DNA of 64,000 nt, from the NCBI RefSeq assembly GCF_001194135.2, contig NC_068992.1, positions 63,711,456 through 63,775,455 of the forward strand, written 5' to 3'. The first letter of the stretch is position 1. Every line of letters starts with the position of its first letter. Made by a program: the position numbers and the translations under genes. Source of the DNA: Octopus bimaculoides (lineage: Eukaryota). This document shows positions 1 to 13,642 of the stretch, piece by piece. The notes under the pieces were generated by a model, which had not been told where the DNA came from, ran no database searches, and worked only from the letters and a program-made list of their open reading frames with translations.

Positions 1-219
1 GTGTGCGTGTGTATTTGTGTGCGTGTGTGTTTGTGTGTGTGTATTTGTCTCCCCACCATCGCTTGACAACCGATGTTCGGGTGTTTATGTCCCCATAACA
101 TAACGGTTCGGCAAAAGACATCGATAGAATAAGTACTAGGCTTACAAAGAATAAGTCCTAGCTGCAGTCAAAAGACTGAAGCAAATAAAAGAATGTGTGT
201 GTGTGTGTGTGTGTGTGTG

Positions 220-425
220 ATAAATCTCTGAGCGAGGTATAAACAGTAGCCGCACGACATTGTGAAGTATATTTACCACCTAAATGTGGCTAACCCTTAA
301 GGGTCAATGCTACTGTAGCTTGTAGCCCCAGGAAGACATCTCCTCCAGCTGGCTATTGACACACTTTCTGTGCCCTCTCAGTATTTGCAAAGGGAAGTCA
401 TCGTTCCCATCTCAAACCTGATGTG

Positions 426-430
<5 letters not shown>
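220..430. repeat. Dispersed repeat shared with 12677-13119
   Basis: aaatctctga.cgaggtataaaca...gtatttgcaaagggaagtca occurs at 220-410 and 12683-12870. Confidence 0.8.
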
Positions 431-501
<71 letters not shown>

Positions 502-1295
502 ATGCCAGTTGCTCCTTCCTTCTTATCAGAAGAGTACCATACCTTTACTGAACTGTGCACGACCATGTGCACATTGTTGGATCTTTAGTCCAGCTTCCGT
601 TCTGCATGTATGATCACAAATGTAACACTTGAACTGTCTGTCTTGCGGCATCACCGACTCAGTTATAACCTGACGTCACGTATTATACGTACAATGCCAA
701 GTCAGGCCATCAACTGACTTACAAATTGGATCACACTCATTAAAAATGTACCACGGGGCACGGGGCCACAGAACCATTTTACAAACTGCTTCGGTCCTCT
801 CTGTTCCATGTGAGCTTTGGTCGCTGATTAATTCAGCTCTTGAAAGAAGAAATTGTCCAAACGCATTGCACTTCGTTCCAAATAGATTTCTGCAGGCATT
901 GCTCCTGAGTCATGATTACGGAATGAGCAAGACATACATATAAGCATGCATACATACATACATACATACATACATGCATGCATGCATACATACATACATA
1001 CATACATACATACATACATACATACATACATGAATAGATACATAAACATGCACATGTATATCATTCCTTCCTCTGGTTTATAAAAGGACTTTTTTTAATA
1101 TTTTATTAAAATTCATTTCATTAATTTTATTTTAAAATAATATTTTTATAAAATTATCCTTTCATTAGTTTTCCATATAACACAGATGTGCATACACACA
1201 CGCACGCACACACACACACTCACACAAACACTTACACATACATATAGATATGTATGTATATGTATATATATATTTATACATATATACATATATAC

Positions 1296-1376
<81 letters not shown>

Positions 1377-1582
1377 GAGAGAGAGAGAGAGACACACACA
1401 CACACACATGTACATACATTCCCACACACAATGAGCCATACACGTATAATCGCACACAGACATTCACGTTTTCACATGTTCACAACTTCAAAACCATACG
1501 CAAATATGTGTCGGGGTGGGGGATGTGTGAATGTATCCGTGAACATAGAATAATATATTTACAAATGCGTGCGCACACTTAC

Positions 1583-1615
<33 letters not shown>

Positions 1616-1823
1616 CACTCATATATACTCAAGCACAGATACACACATATATATGTACATATGTGTGTATATGTACACGTTTATGTGCATATACTTGCAA
1701 ATATACGTATGCGTGAACATATATGTAGATAGATATAAATATGCATTCATATATATATTCATGCATACGGGAACATAAATACACACATACACACACACAT
1801 ATACAAATATGTATGTATATATA

Positions 1824-1941
<118 letters not shown>

Positions 1942-2475
1942 ATATATGCAGTTATATGCATTTATATGCATATGTGTGTGTATGTGTATTTATGTATGTA
2001 TGTATGTATGTATGTCTATGTATGAAGGCGCATATTGAGATGGAAAGAACCTCCACAGTGAAAACCACACACAAAGCATATTAAAAATGAAGGAAGTTGT
2101 CGGGTTTAACATGTAAAGTAATAAATATTCTTTAGTGTCCATGGATAGCTTTAAAGATTAGAAGCAATGTGAAGTGTGCGCGCGTGTGTGTGTGAAAGAG
2201 ACAGAGAGAGAGAAAAACAGACAGACAGACAGGCAGAGAGAGCAGTGTGTGTGTGTAAAATATGCGTAGAAGTTTACTTGTATACTCATAAATAAGCACA
2301 CACACATATACATGCACACATATGTATATATATATTTATATATACAGGTGTGTGTGTGTGTGTGTTTGTGAAATTAAACATAATGCTAATTAAATACGAT
2401 ACTAACAGAGAGGTTTTATATATTTCAGGAATTTAATTCTATGATTATATCACTCCTGTACAAACATAACACACA

Positions 2476-2521
<46 letters not shown>

Positions 2522-3090
2522 TGTATATATATATACGTATACATATATCCATTAATGCACATATAATATATAATTTATATGTGTGAATGCGTGTGAGTGT
2601 GTGTATGTATCTACTTGTATATATATGTATTTGTGTACGTACGCATATATACATATATACACGCATACACATTTATATTCATAATTTGTGTATATATATA
2701 TGTATATATATATATACAGATATATAAAATATAATACATATATATTTAGGTGTATATATATATATATATATGTATATTATTTAATAAATTTGTCTAATCT
2801 TATTTGACAAGAAATAGCTATCTATTAAAAATTAATTAGACTAATGAATTTTTCTCATTCACTTGGAAATTGAAAAACTGTTTCTGTTCTTGTTTTCTTT
2901 GTTCTTCTTGCTCTTACAGCTGTGTTTTGGGGTTTTTTATTTATTTTTTTTTTTTGCTTTCCTTTTTTATTTCTTTATTTCTTTTGTTGGTTTTTCTGGT
3001 TGTTGCATTTGCTGATAGTGCTGCTGCTGTTAATGTCATTCGTGCTCTGCTGCTGCTGCTGATGTTGTTGTTGTTGTTTTTGTTGTTGTT

Positions 3091-3357
3091 AGAGCTGGGA
3101 GAAACGTTAGCATGTTGGACGAAATGCTTCGCGGTATTTCGCACGTCGCTACGTTCTGAGTTCAAATTCCGCCGAGGTCGATTTTGCCCTTCATCCTTTC
3201 GGGGTCGATACATTAAGTACCAGTTACGCACTGGGGTCGATATAATCGATTTACCCCTCCCTCAAATTCCAGGCCTTGTGCCTATAGTAGAAAGTAGTAG
3301 TAGTAGTAGTAGTAACAGCAGCAACAGCAGCACCGGTAGTAGTAGTAGTAGTAGTAA

Positions 3358-3392
<35 letters not shown>

Positions 3393-4125
3393 TGGGCGAC
3401 GAGTTGGCAGAAACGTTAGCACGCCGGGCGAAATGCTTAGCGGTGTTTTCGTCTGCCGTTACGTTCTGAGTTCAAATTCCGCCGAAGTTGACTTTGCCTT
3501 TCAACCTCTCGGGGTTGATAAATTAAATACCAGTTACACACTGGGGTCAATATAATCGACTTGATCCGTTTGTCTGGCCTTGTTTGTCCCCTCTGTGTGT
3601 AGCCCCTTGTGGGCAGTAAAGAAATAAGAAACGTTACCGCGCCGGACAAAACACTCAGCTGTATTCCCGCTGTACGTTCTGAGTTCAAATGCCACCGGGG
3701 TCGACTTTGCCTTTCGTCCTTTCGAGATCGATAAAATTCTTGCGTAATTCTTGTTCCCTTGTCCATTTATCTAATTTTCGTATCACACTGTACTTGCCTA
3801 ACACTTAATCTTGAAGCCTACGGACATTGAGGTCGAAGAGCAGGTTATTACTATTCTTTTCTGTTCTAGGCACAAGGCCCGAAATGTTTTTGTGGGGAGA
3901 GGTTAATCAATTAGATCGACCCCAGTACGCAACTGGTACTTAATTTATCAATACCGAATGGATGAAAGGCAAAGTCGACCTCGGCGGAATTTGAACTCAG
4001 AACGTAAAGAGAGACGAAATACTGCTTAGCATTTCGCCCCGCGTGCTAACGTTTCTTATTTCTTTATTGCCTACAAGGGGCTAAACAGAGGGGACAAACA
4101 AGGACAGACAAAGGGAATAAGCCAA
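3091..4125. mobile_element. Cluster of tRNA-headed SINEs (family with ...gagttcaaattccgccgaggtcgactttgcctttcatcctttcggggtcgataaattaagtacc..., possibly Meta-domain)
   Basis: Copies at 3091-3294 (+), 3392-3740 (+, dimer) and 3860-4125 (-). More copies near 5930-6100, 6240-6470, 18230-18640 (-), 19480-19645 (-), 21683-21900, 37110-37500 (-), 38090-38270, 40360-40530, 56670-56830 and 58960-59140. A-box (tggcagaa) and B-box (gagttcaaattcc) are visible. Confidence 0.85.
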
Positions 4126-5446
4126 ATGGGTATGTCGCCACATATGAAATTCAACGAGACGTAATAGACACCTGAATCTTCAGTTAATTACTTTGATTCG
4201 AGGCATGCAGCAAAATGTATGGTGAGCAGAATATAATCTGATTGACCAACGCAATATTTTTCGCCACTTGTTAACATTATTATGCTGACTATCTGTCCGC
4301 AATGTTGCTATTTTATCTACGCTTGAGTTGTCTATGGCAAAATTGAGCCAAAACACCGGTGTCCAGTAGTCTGTTAACGTCCTTTGGAGTTTGTATTTTT
4401 TCATGTAAGATCTCTAAAGAAAGGTTGCTCTTTGAGACTGAATCTCGAAGCGAAAGTAGATCACTTTCGAGTGTACCGGAACGTTTTCTAAACAGATATA
4501 GATGCCATTATTTTATTCCTCCCTTCTCTTTACGTACTTACACTGAACTTGAACCAGCTTGACAAGCCTTAGCATACATCAACAAAATTTAGTTTGCTGA
4601 TTACTGTGCAGTGATAGAGGTTTCTATTTAGCTCAAAGGACTGTGTCAGTGTTTATCACTGACAAAGAGAAATTAAACCGAAATACCGGTGCATACTAGT
4701 CCGCTGACATCATTTGCTGCGTTTTGTGTATCTACATAGAAATTCTTTGGGGAGAATTTGTCCTGCAAGACGGATATTCACTATTATGGTACACCCCACT
4801 GTGTATACTCACCGTCGCGACTCATTATTTTCATATCGTTACTTACTAAACGTTAAACAAAGTTTTCAAGCGCAAGCGTGGCTGCGTGGTTGAGAAGCTT
4901 ACTTCCCAATCATGTGGTCTTAGGTTCAGTCCCACTGTACGTCATCTTGGGTAAGTGTCATCTATTATAGCCCTGGGCCGACCAAAGTTTTGTGAGTGAA
5001 ATTGTTACGCGGAAATTGAAAAAAACGTCATATATAAATAGGTATGTGTGTGAGAGTGTTGTTATCTGTGTGTATCTTTGTGTTTGTGTTCAATTTATCC
5101 TACCGCCACCATTCAACAACTGGTATTGGTAAACTAGCAGTTCGCCAAAAACTGCAAGATGAAATAAATACTAGGCATGGTTGCAGTGAAGTAAAAGATA
5201 AGATTTTTTTTCCTTCGTATTTAATTGTAAAATAAAATGAAATTTCAGCGATTTTTTATTCTTAATGATGTACTCTTTAACTTGCCCGATTTGTTATATC
5301 ATTTAATACATATTTCGTGTCAAACGTACACAGAAAAATGTACAGTGATTGTAGAACAAGTATATTATATTATGTGACTATATGTTGTGTGGTATTTGCA
5401 TTGACTCTAATAAATAGCGTCATTTTCTGCCAAATGTTTTTTTCAG

Positions 5447-5740
5447 CTTGAAGGAGCCTTAGTTCTTCAGTTGACCGAAAATGCCGTCATAAGTTTCGAC
5501 GATTACATGGATCAAAAGAAACCGAATAAAAATAAAAGGAATCCGTGGTTCCAAAGGTTCTGGCAAGAGGTCTTTAAATGTAAGCTGCCATCAGAAAAAT
5601 ACAACAGATCTCACCACTATAACTTCGGGAAAGTACGACTTTGTACCGGCAAAGAAGACGTCGCTAAATATGTCAATTCAGTGAAAACAGACGCTGAACA
5701 TCTTAGCAACGCCATCATGGCTTTCGCACAGACATTACAT
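5447..5740 (+). CDS. Class C GPCR (mGluR-like) internal exon, Venus-flytrap domain
   Basis: Acceptor tttttcag|5447, donor 5740|gtaagt, phase 0-0. Translation LEGALVLQLTENAVISFDDYMDQKKPNKNKRNPWFQRFWQEVFKCKL...CTGKED...AIMAFAQTLH carries the mGluR/CaSR-family RNPWFxxFW..F.C motif. Confidence 0.92.
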
Positions 5741-6151
5741 GTAAGTAGTAACATGACTTTTCGCATTTTTTTAATCAAGTTTAGCGGAATCGTTGGAGCA
5801 TTGGGAAAAATGTCTTGCCGTATTTGTTCCGGCCCTTTTTATTCTGTGTCCAAATCCTACCGAAATCAACATTCCTTCTCATCCTTTTGGAATGGTACAA
5901 GTCTAAGTAGCAGAGGCGATAGTATCATTTAACCCTACGCCCCAGAAATTTCAGGCCTTGTGCCTTTATATGAAGGAATTATTTCAAATGCTGTCGAGGT
6001 CTACTTCACCTTCCATCTTTTCGGGGTCGAGAAAATAAGTTCCAGTTGATCACTAGGGTCGATGTCATCGACAAGTGCCCTGTCCCCAAATTTGCATGCC
6101 TTGTACCTATATTATTATCATTATTATTATCGTTATCATCATCATATTATT

Positions 6152-6243
<92 letters not shown>

Positions 6244-8109
6244 GGCAGCGATCTTGTAGAATTGTTAGAAGGTCGGAAAGAATACTATGCAGTATGATTT
6301 CTGATTTTACATTGTGTTTAAATTCCACTCGTCGAGACGTTCTCTTTACCTTTCATCTCCTCAGGATCGATAAGACAAGTACCAGTTGATTGCTGTGGTT
6401 GAAACAATCCACTCATCCCCGCCCCTCACCGTCAAAATTGCTGGCCTTGTGCCAAAATTTGACAGCACCATTATTAAGGCAGCGAACAATCAGAATCGTT
6501 AGCTTGCTGGACAAAATACTTAGCGGTATTTATGTACCGGTTAATGTAACCGACCAACTCCAACCTCCCAAAACTGTTATCGTTGCACCAAAATGTATAA
6601 CCATCATTGTTTGTTCCTTCTCGAGCCTGGTTCATAAGGGCCGGTTTCCCGGTTTCGTTGGCGCATAGGTTCCCCACCTGGACGGGACGCCGGTCCGTCC
6701 CAGGTGAGCTGCTAGATGCAAGTGGAAAGAGTGAGAGAAAGTTGTGGCAAAAGAGTCAGTAGAATTTCGCCATTATCTTCTGCCGGAGCCGCATTGAGAT
6801 TACGTGTTTCGCTCATAAACACACACATCTCCCTGTCTGAGATTCGAACCTGCGATCTTTCGACTGCGAGGCCGCTGCGTTAATCACCAGGCCATGTGCC
6901 TCCACGTAACCATCATTACTACTTATTTATTTTTATATCGACAGTTTTTCATTTTCGTATCCCTCGCAGCTTCGATTAGTTAAATTCTTTTGTCTTATTA
7001 CTTTTTAAATATTTTTCCTTTATTTTCTATTGTCAGATAATTCAATAATCCTTTAGAAATTTATCATATTTTTTAATACTATAGACAATTAAATACTCTC
7101 TCTTCTCCAACTCCTCTCATCTCTCCTTTTTTCCCCCTTTATCTTTCTCCTTCTTTTCTTTTCTTTTTCTATTCTTTTTCTCTCTATTCTATTTTGGAAA
7201 ACAAAAGACTTGTTTCACGTCCTCTCCATTGCCGATAACAAAAAACTTTCAAGCAATTTTCACTAGTTTATTAAACTTTATCTACTTTATCCGTTTCTTT
7301 TACGATATAAAGAATAGTTTTCTCAGTACTTTGTTGTTTTGTACAGCTGCTGGGAGGACTTTCTAATAAATACGAGAGATAGATATTTCTTTGTCCTACA
7401 TTTCCAAATTAATACAATCTTTTATTGAAGTTACAGGTTTTGTTTTAGGGAAAATTCTAGTTATATTGTTTGCAGCATTGTTTCTTTATATCTGAAATTT
7501 TTGGGTGGGAGGTGAAGATATGTTGTGAGTTTAGGCTGTAAAGCTGAACATTACAGTAGAGAAGCGTGTGTGTTAACGAGAGAACATTTCTAATCCAGTT
7601 GGTTGTCAACCAAGCTGTGCATAGCTCTTATTATAAGTGACAGGTGGAGCCTCTATATCCTCACTTGCCCTGCAAGAAAAAGCAGTTAAATCGCTTGAAA
7701 ATCATATCTTACTGTATTGAAAAAAGAGAGAAAAAAAGACATGTATATCCAAGCTTCATGGGTTTTTGTTCTTTTTTTTAACCCGTGAGTTCATTGAAGT
7801 TTCATAAACAGTATTACACACACACACACTCACACACAAACGCACACATATACACACAAATACACGCACACAAATATACATATTTAAGACAGGCTCTGCA
7901 AGATTCAGAGGTCTTTCCCGTGTAGATCAAGGTTACTGAATTCTTCAAATAACATGTCGAAGGGCTTTGCATAATCTATGAAATCTATGAAGAGTCATTT
8001 TGCATCTCGACCGCCCGTTCCGTTATCGTTCTCAATGCAAAAATAGTATTCCTAGTACCAGCACTCTTTACAAAGCCCAAGGAAGCCTCTGTGTCCAATT
8101 GTTGTTGTT

Positions 8110-8495
8110 GTTGTTGGCACTCCGTCGCTTACGACGTCGAGGGTTCCAGTTGATCCGATCAACGGAACAGCCTGCTCGTGAAATTAACGTGCAAGTGGCT
8201 GAGCACTCCACAGACACGTTTACCCTTAACGTAGTTCTCGGGGATATTCAGCGTGACACAGTGTGACAAGGCTGACCCTTTGAATTACAGGCACAACAGA
8301 AACAGGAAGAAAGAGTGAGAGAAAGTTGTGGTGAAAGAGTACAGCAGGGTTCGCCACCATCCCCTGCCGGGGCCTCGTGGAGCTTTTAGGTGTTTTCGCT
8401 CAATAGACACTCACAACGCCCAGTCTGAGAATCGAAACCGCGATCCTACGACCGCGAGTCCGCTACCCTAACCACTGGGCCATTGCGCCTCCTGT
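8110..8495 (-). mobile_element. tRNA-headed SINE, third family
   Basis: - strand head ggaggcgcaatggcccagtggttagggtagcggactcgcggtcgtaggatcgcggtttcgattctc. Related copies at 6630-6910 (-), 54115-54440 (+), 53790-53940 (-) and 51190-51350. Confidence 0.8.
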
Positions 8496-8618
8496 GTCCA
8501 ATTAAGAGGACAATAACTGTCATCAAATTTTATTTCAAATACTTTTTTAATGTTTGTGAACAATAAATTTTGCTTTGTTTTTTCATTCTTAAATCTTATT
8601 CTGTCCCCTTTGATGCAG

Positions 8619-8724
8619 AACATTCATTGGGACTATTGTAAAGGAGTTCCGGGAATATGTGATGCAATGAAACCATTATCTGGAGAAGTCTTGAGCAAAT
8701 ACCTGGAGAGTGTTCGGTTTAAAA
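8619..8724 (+). CDS. Class C GPCR (mGluR-like) internal exon, Venus-flytrap domain
   Basis: tgcag|8619, 8724|gtaagt, phase 0-1. NIHWDYCKGVPGICDAMKPLSGEVLSKYLESVRFK continues the previous exon as in mGluR ALHNMH..LC.G..GLCDAMKPIDG..LL.YL..V.F. Confidence 0.92.
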
Positions 8725-9295
8725 GTAAGTACGATCGTAATCGAAGTAGTAATACCATTAAGAGTTAAACTTTTGTGCTAAATTTTCCAGAGAAAATTCT
8801 TAGATTATGAAAGAATTTTAAGAGTATAATGATGATAGTCAGCTTTGATAAAATTAGCATTTATTAGTCTAAATGTAAGACTAGGTATCTCCATCTCTAG
8901 AGGATATGTCATAATCACCAAATGGCAATTAAGACCGGGTCCGTATGAGAAAGGAAGATACTATCAAGAATCAAGAATTCTCCAAAATTCACGTGTTTCT
9001 TCCTCAATAGACCTCATCAACACGGCAGTTATCCAACCTTATCTCCCGTAGTCAAAGGACTTATATATATACAAAAAGAGTAGAATATATTTATGGTCTA
9101 TATAATTTGCCTAATTTAAACAACTCCCGGAAACAACTCAGAGTGGTTGGTGCCATATATTTGAAGAACATAGATAAATACAGGTATACCAAATAGCATA
9201 CAACATAAATTCTTGATTTATTAAAATCATCACCACCCTTAGATGATGTGTCGTGTTAAAGAAAATACTTGTACTTTCTTATATTTTATTTTCAG

Positions 9296-9432
9296 GTATG
9301 AGCGGGCAAGTGTTTGAATTTCATGCTGAGAGGGAACCAAAAGCGGAATATCGTTTAATGAACTTCCAAAAAATATCGCAAGGACAATACAAATGGATCA
9401 ATCTGGGAAAATCAAGAACGAAATTTTCAAAT
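9296..9432 (+). CDS. Class C GPCR (mGluR-like) internal exon, end of Venus-flytrap domain
   Basis: ttttcag|9296, 9432|gtaagt, phase 1-0. SMSGQVFEFHAEREPKAEYRLMNFQKISQGQYKWINLGK matches mGluR G.SG..V.FD.NGD...RYDIMNFQ....Y....VG. Confidence 0.9.
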
Positions 9433-11708
9433 GTAAGTAGAGTATACTTTTTTTGCTTAAGTCTTATTTATCACAGATTTAGTTTTGAATTTATTCTCCC
9501 CTTATGATAAATTTAAAAGATAAAGACCCTTCCCGGGTCATATAGACCGATAAGTGCCGGTTTCCTGGTTTCTGAGCTGTATATATTACACACCTGGACG
9601 GGGCGCCAGTCCGTCGCAAGATTACTCATTTTCGCAACGTTTTGCTGAACAACACAACGCGTCACTCGGTCCACGTCACATCTTAGAGATTTTACAATGT
9701 AAACAGAGCATTGAGCAGTAGACGTGGTGTCTCATTTTGATACTTGGCGCGAATCATCATGATGCAGCTAACTATTTTCGAATATTCAGTTAGCTTCCAT
9801 CCTCCGTGTCAGTTATCTTTTTTGTTCAGCCACAACTTCAATCTTTATGCTCTCCAACGCTGTTGATTTGTTCACCAATACTTCAGCTGGTGCTGAAAAG
9901 GAAGAAGACAAGGAATTTGTCCACCTCTAACCCGAACACTCAGTACATATGTTATATAATTTGACATTCATATGTATTTATAATATATGTTTCTTCACAT
10001 GTGTGTATAGGAGCAGGTGTGGCTGTGGGGTAAGAAGTTTGCTTCCCAACCACACGGTTCCGGGTTCAGTCTGGCAACTTGAGCTAGTGTCTTCGGGGCC
10101 CGTCCAACGCCATGTGAGTGTATTTGGTAGACAGAAGCTGAAAGAAGCCCGCCGTATATGTGTGTGTGTGTGTGTGTGTGTCTTTGTGTGTCTCTTTGTG
10201 GATGTGTTTTTCCCCAGTATCGCTTGACAACCGGTGCTGGTGTGTTTACGTTCCTGTAAATTAGAGGTTCGCCAAAGACACCAATAGAACAAGTACCACG
10301 TTTAAAGAAATAAATAAGTACTGGCATCGATTTGGCCGATTTAAAATTCAAAGTGGTGCTCCAGCATGGCCGCAGTCTAACGAGTAAAAGACATAAANNN
10401 NNNNNNNNNNNNNNNNNNNNNNNNNNNNNNNNNNNNNNNNNNNNNNNNNNNNNNNNNNNNNNNNNNNNNNNNNNNNNNNNNNNNNNNNNNNNNNNNNNNN
10501 NNNNNNNNNNNNNNNNNNNNNNNNNNNNNNNNNNNNNNNNNNNNNNNNNNNNNNNNNNNNNNNNNNNNNNNNNNNNNNNNNNNNNNNNNNNNNNNNNNNN
10601 NNNNNNNNNNNNNNNNNNNNNNNNNNNNNNNNNNNNNNNNNNNNNNNNNNNNNNNNNNNNNNNNNNNNNNNNNNNNNNNNNNNNNNNNNNNNNNNNNNNN
10701 NNNNNNNNNNNNNNNNNNNNNNNNNNNNNNNNNNNNNNNNNNNNNNNNNNNNNNNNNNNNNNNNNNNNNNNNNNNNNNNNNNNNNNNNNNNNNNNNNNNN
10801 NNNNNNNNNNNNNNNNNNNNNNNNNNNNNNNNNNNNNNNNNNNNNNNNNNNNNTCTTTGGAAAGTCGAGCAGTGTTTTTAGTTGAAAAGCTGAGATTGAA
10901 ATTACTAAGAGACCTGTATATTCAATAACTAATGTATATATATATTCACTTTTACTGTCTGATTATTTCTATAGACACGTGTGTAAATATTCTGATATGT
11001 GTGGGGGGATGGGGTGTTTTCATATAGACAAACATAGGTATATATATTTTTATGCATATACATATACATATGTTTATATCGTTATACGTGTTTATACACA
11101 CACACACACATACATACATACATACATACATACATACATACATACATACATACATACAAACATACATACATACATACATACATACAAACATATAGACATC
11201 TAAGAAAAGTCACAAAAAATAGGCACTGATATATTTTCTAACTCGAGGGGGTAAATGAATAAAAGTAGACAGAATTATAGAACCATTGCAGCTGATCTTG
11301 CTAATTGGGCCTTAAATAATATTAGATGACAGCACGTTTAAGTAATACCACGTTCTCTTCAGGGATACCTGCCATCTCTCAAATGCTGCTATCTAATATC
11401 TGGCTACCAACAGCCAATGCAAAAGCTATTGTTAAGATCAGCAGAAAGGGATGGATCTATAATACTGTATACTTTAATGGTTTATATATGTATGTATATA
11501 TGGATGGATGGATGGATGTTTGTATGGATGGATGTATGTATGGCAGTCACCGTATTCCATTTCATATCGGCTACCTCTGATGAGTGTAAGGTTATATAAT
11601 CGGATTGTTACTTAACACCCTTTTGTACCCTTAGCGTGAAACCGATTGGTAAGATCGGTCGTGATGGATATATCATACTGTACCCTTCGGATAATATATA
11701 TAAATTAG

Positions 11709-11948
11709 TGTCAACGGTGGTTCCAGAAATTCCGAGTCGGAAACTACAGTCTAGAAGACAAGCTTCATTCTGGAGGATCTGTAGAGCTCGACGAGGATGT
11801 CCTGCGAACCCTGATGGAACAAAATCCCATTGTAACTGTTGAGAAACTAGCAGAGAAGCTTGGACTTGATATCTCAACCATTCATCAACACCTGCATGCT
11901 ATCGGAAAGGTCAACAAATTGTATCAATGGGTTCCTCACATACTTTCC
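11709..11948 (+). mobile_element. Mariner transposase fragment
   Basis: CQRWFQKFRVGNYSLEDKLHSGGSVELDEDVLRTLMEQNPIVTVEKLAEKLG...IHQHLHAIGKVNKLYQWVPHILS: RWF..F...D..RSG HTH region and WVPH(E/I)L motif; truncated by (ta)n. Confidence 0.9.
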
Positions 11949-13574
11949 ATATATATATATATATATATATACATATATATACACATGAAGAATAATAATA
12001 AATGGAGCAAAACGCATATAAACAATAAGTTCCTTTAATTCCTACATATGTTTCAAAATATATGTGCACTCTANNNNNNNNNNNNNNNNNNNNNNNNNNN
12101 NNNNNNNNNNNNNNNNNNNNNNNNNNNNNNNNNNNNNNNNNNNNNNNNNNNNNNNNNNNNNNNNNNNNNNNNNNNNNNNNNNNNNNNNNNNNNNNNNNNN
12201 NNNNNNNNNNNNNNNNNNNNNNNNNNNNNNNNNNNNNNNNNNNNNNNNNNNNNNNNNNNNNNNNNNNNNNNNNNNNNNNNNNNNNNNNNNNNNNNNNNNN
12301 NNNNNNNNNNNNNNNNNNNNNNNNNNNNNNNNNNNNNNNNNNNNNNNNNNNNNNNNNNNNNNNNNNNNNNNNNNNNNNNNNNNNNNNNNNNNNNNNNNNN
12401 NNNNNNNNNNNNNNNNNNNNNNNNNNNNNNNNNNNNNNNNNNNNNNNNNNNNNNNNNNNNNNNNNNNNNNNNNNNNNNNNNNNNNNNNNNNNNNNNNNNN
12501 NNNNNNNNNNNNNNNNNNNNNNNNNNNNNNNNNNNNNNNNNNNNNNNNNNNNNNNNNNNNNNNNNNNNNNNNNNNNNNNNNNNNNNNNNNNNNNNNNNNN
12601 NNNNNNNNNNNNNNNNNNNNNNNNNNNNNNNNNNNNNNNNNNNNNNNNNNATATATATATATATATATATATACATAATGTTAAATCTCTGAACGAGGTA
12701 TAAACATAACTGCACGACAACGTGAAGTATATTTGCCACTTAAATGCGGCTAACCCCTAAGGGTGAATGCTACTGTAGCTTTTAGCCCCAAGAGAACATC
12801 TCCTCCAGCTGCCTATTGACACACTTTCTGTGCCCTGTCGGTATTTGCAAAGGGAAGTCACCCTTCCCATCGTCGATCTGACGTGATACGCACGGACTCG
12901 AGTTTCTGGGTATTTACCCTTCATCAGCGTACGACAATCACCGATCTTCGATGCGAAGGGGTCCCAATGCAAATACATATATACTTTTGCCAGTGACGAA
13001 AGTTCTCTGATCTCGAAAAAGTGTAAACAATCAATGTTAAATCTCTGAAAGAGGTATAAACAGTAACTGCACGACAACGTGAAGTATATTTGCCACTTAA
13101 ATGCGGCTAAACCCTAAGGAACCTAGATAGATAGATAGGTATGTATGTATGTATGTATGTATGTATGTATGTATGTATGTATGGATGGATGGATGGGTGG
13201 ATGGATGGATGGATGGATGGATGGATGTACGTATGTATGTATATCCGATGGGCTTCCGCTCACTTTTCGTGTACCAAATTCACTTACAAGGCATTATTAG
13301 GTCCTCGTCTATAGTAGAAGACATTTTCCAAGGGATCGTCCAGCGGAGCTGCACCCAACATCATTCTTAACTTCAGCGTCATGCTTGCGCCTATTTGAAA
13401 TGAAACAAAAAAAAAAAAAAGTTTCAGTACGTGACAGTGAACATGATGGTCACGGTTGGAATATATTATTTGACGTAGGTCAGTTCGATCAGAGTTGACG
13501 TAAGGATAAACAGCAAAAATGACAATAACGAAATCAATAAATCTATAAAAAGAAACGAAACAACAATTTTAGCT

Positions 13575-13642
<68 letters not shown>

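Noticed and set aside
3392-3490. tRNA-like A/B boxes here and at other SINE heads
   Set aside because: No complete cloverleaf; each runs into a conserved SINE body, so these are not tRNA genes.
2870-3766. 199-aa and neighbouring ORFs
   Set aside because: They consist of SINE bodies plus (gtt)n/(agt)n repeats; the same peptides recur at every SINE copy.
4141-4860. Unique-looking sequence as a possible upstream GPCR exon
   Set aside because: No frame with the expected VFT motif (e.g. SDGW-like) or convincing splice sites; the upstream exons probably lie before the window.
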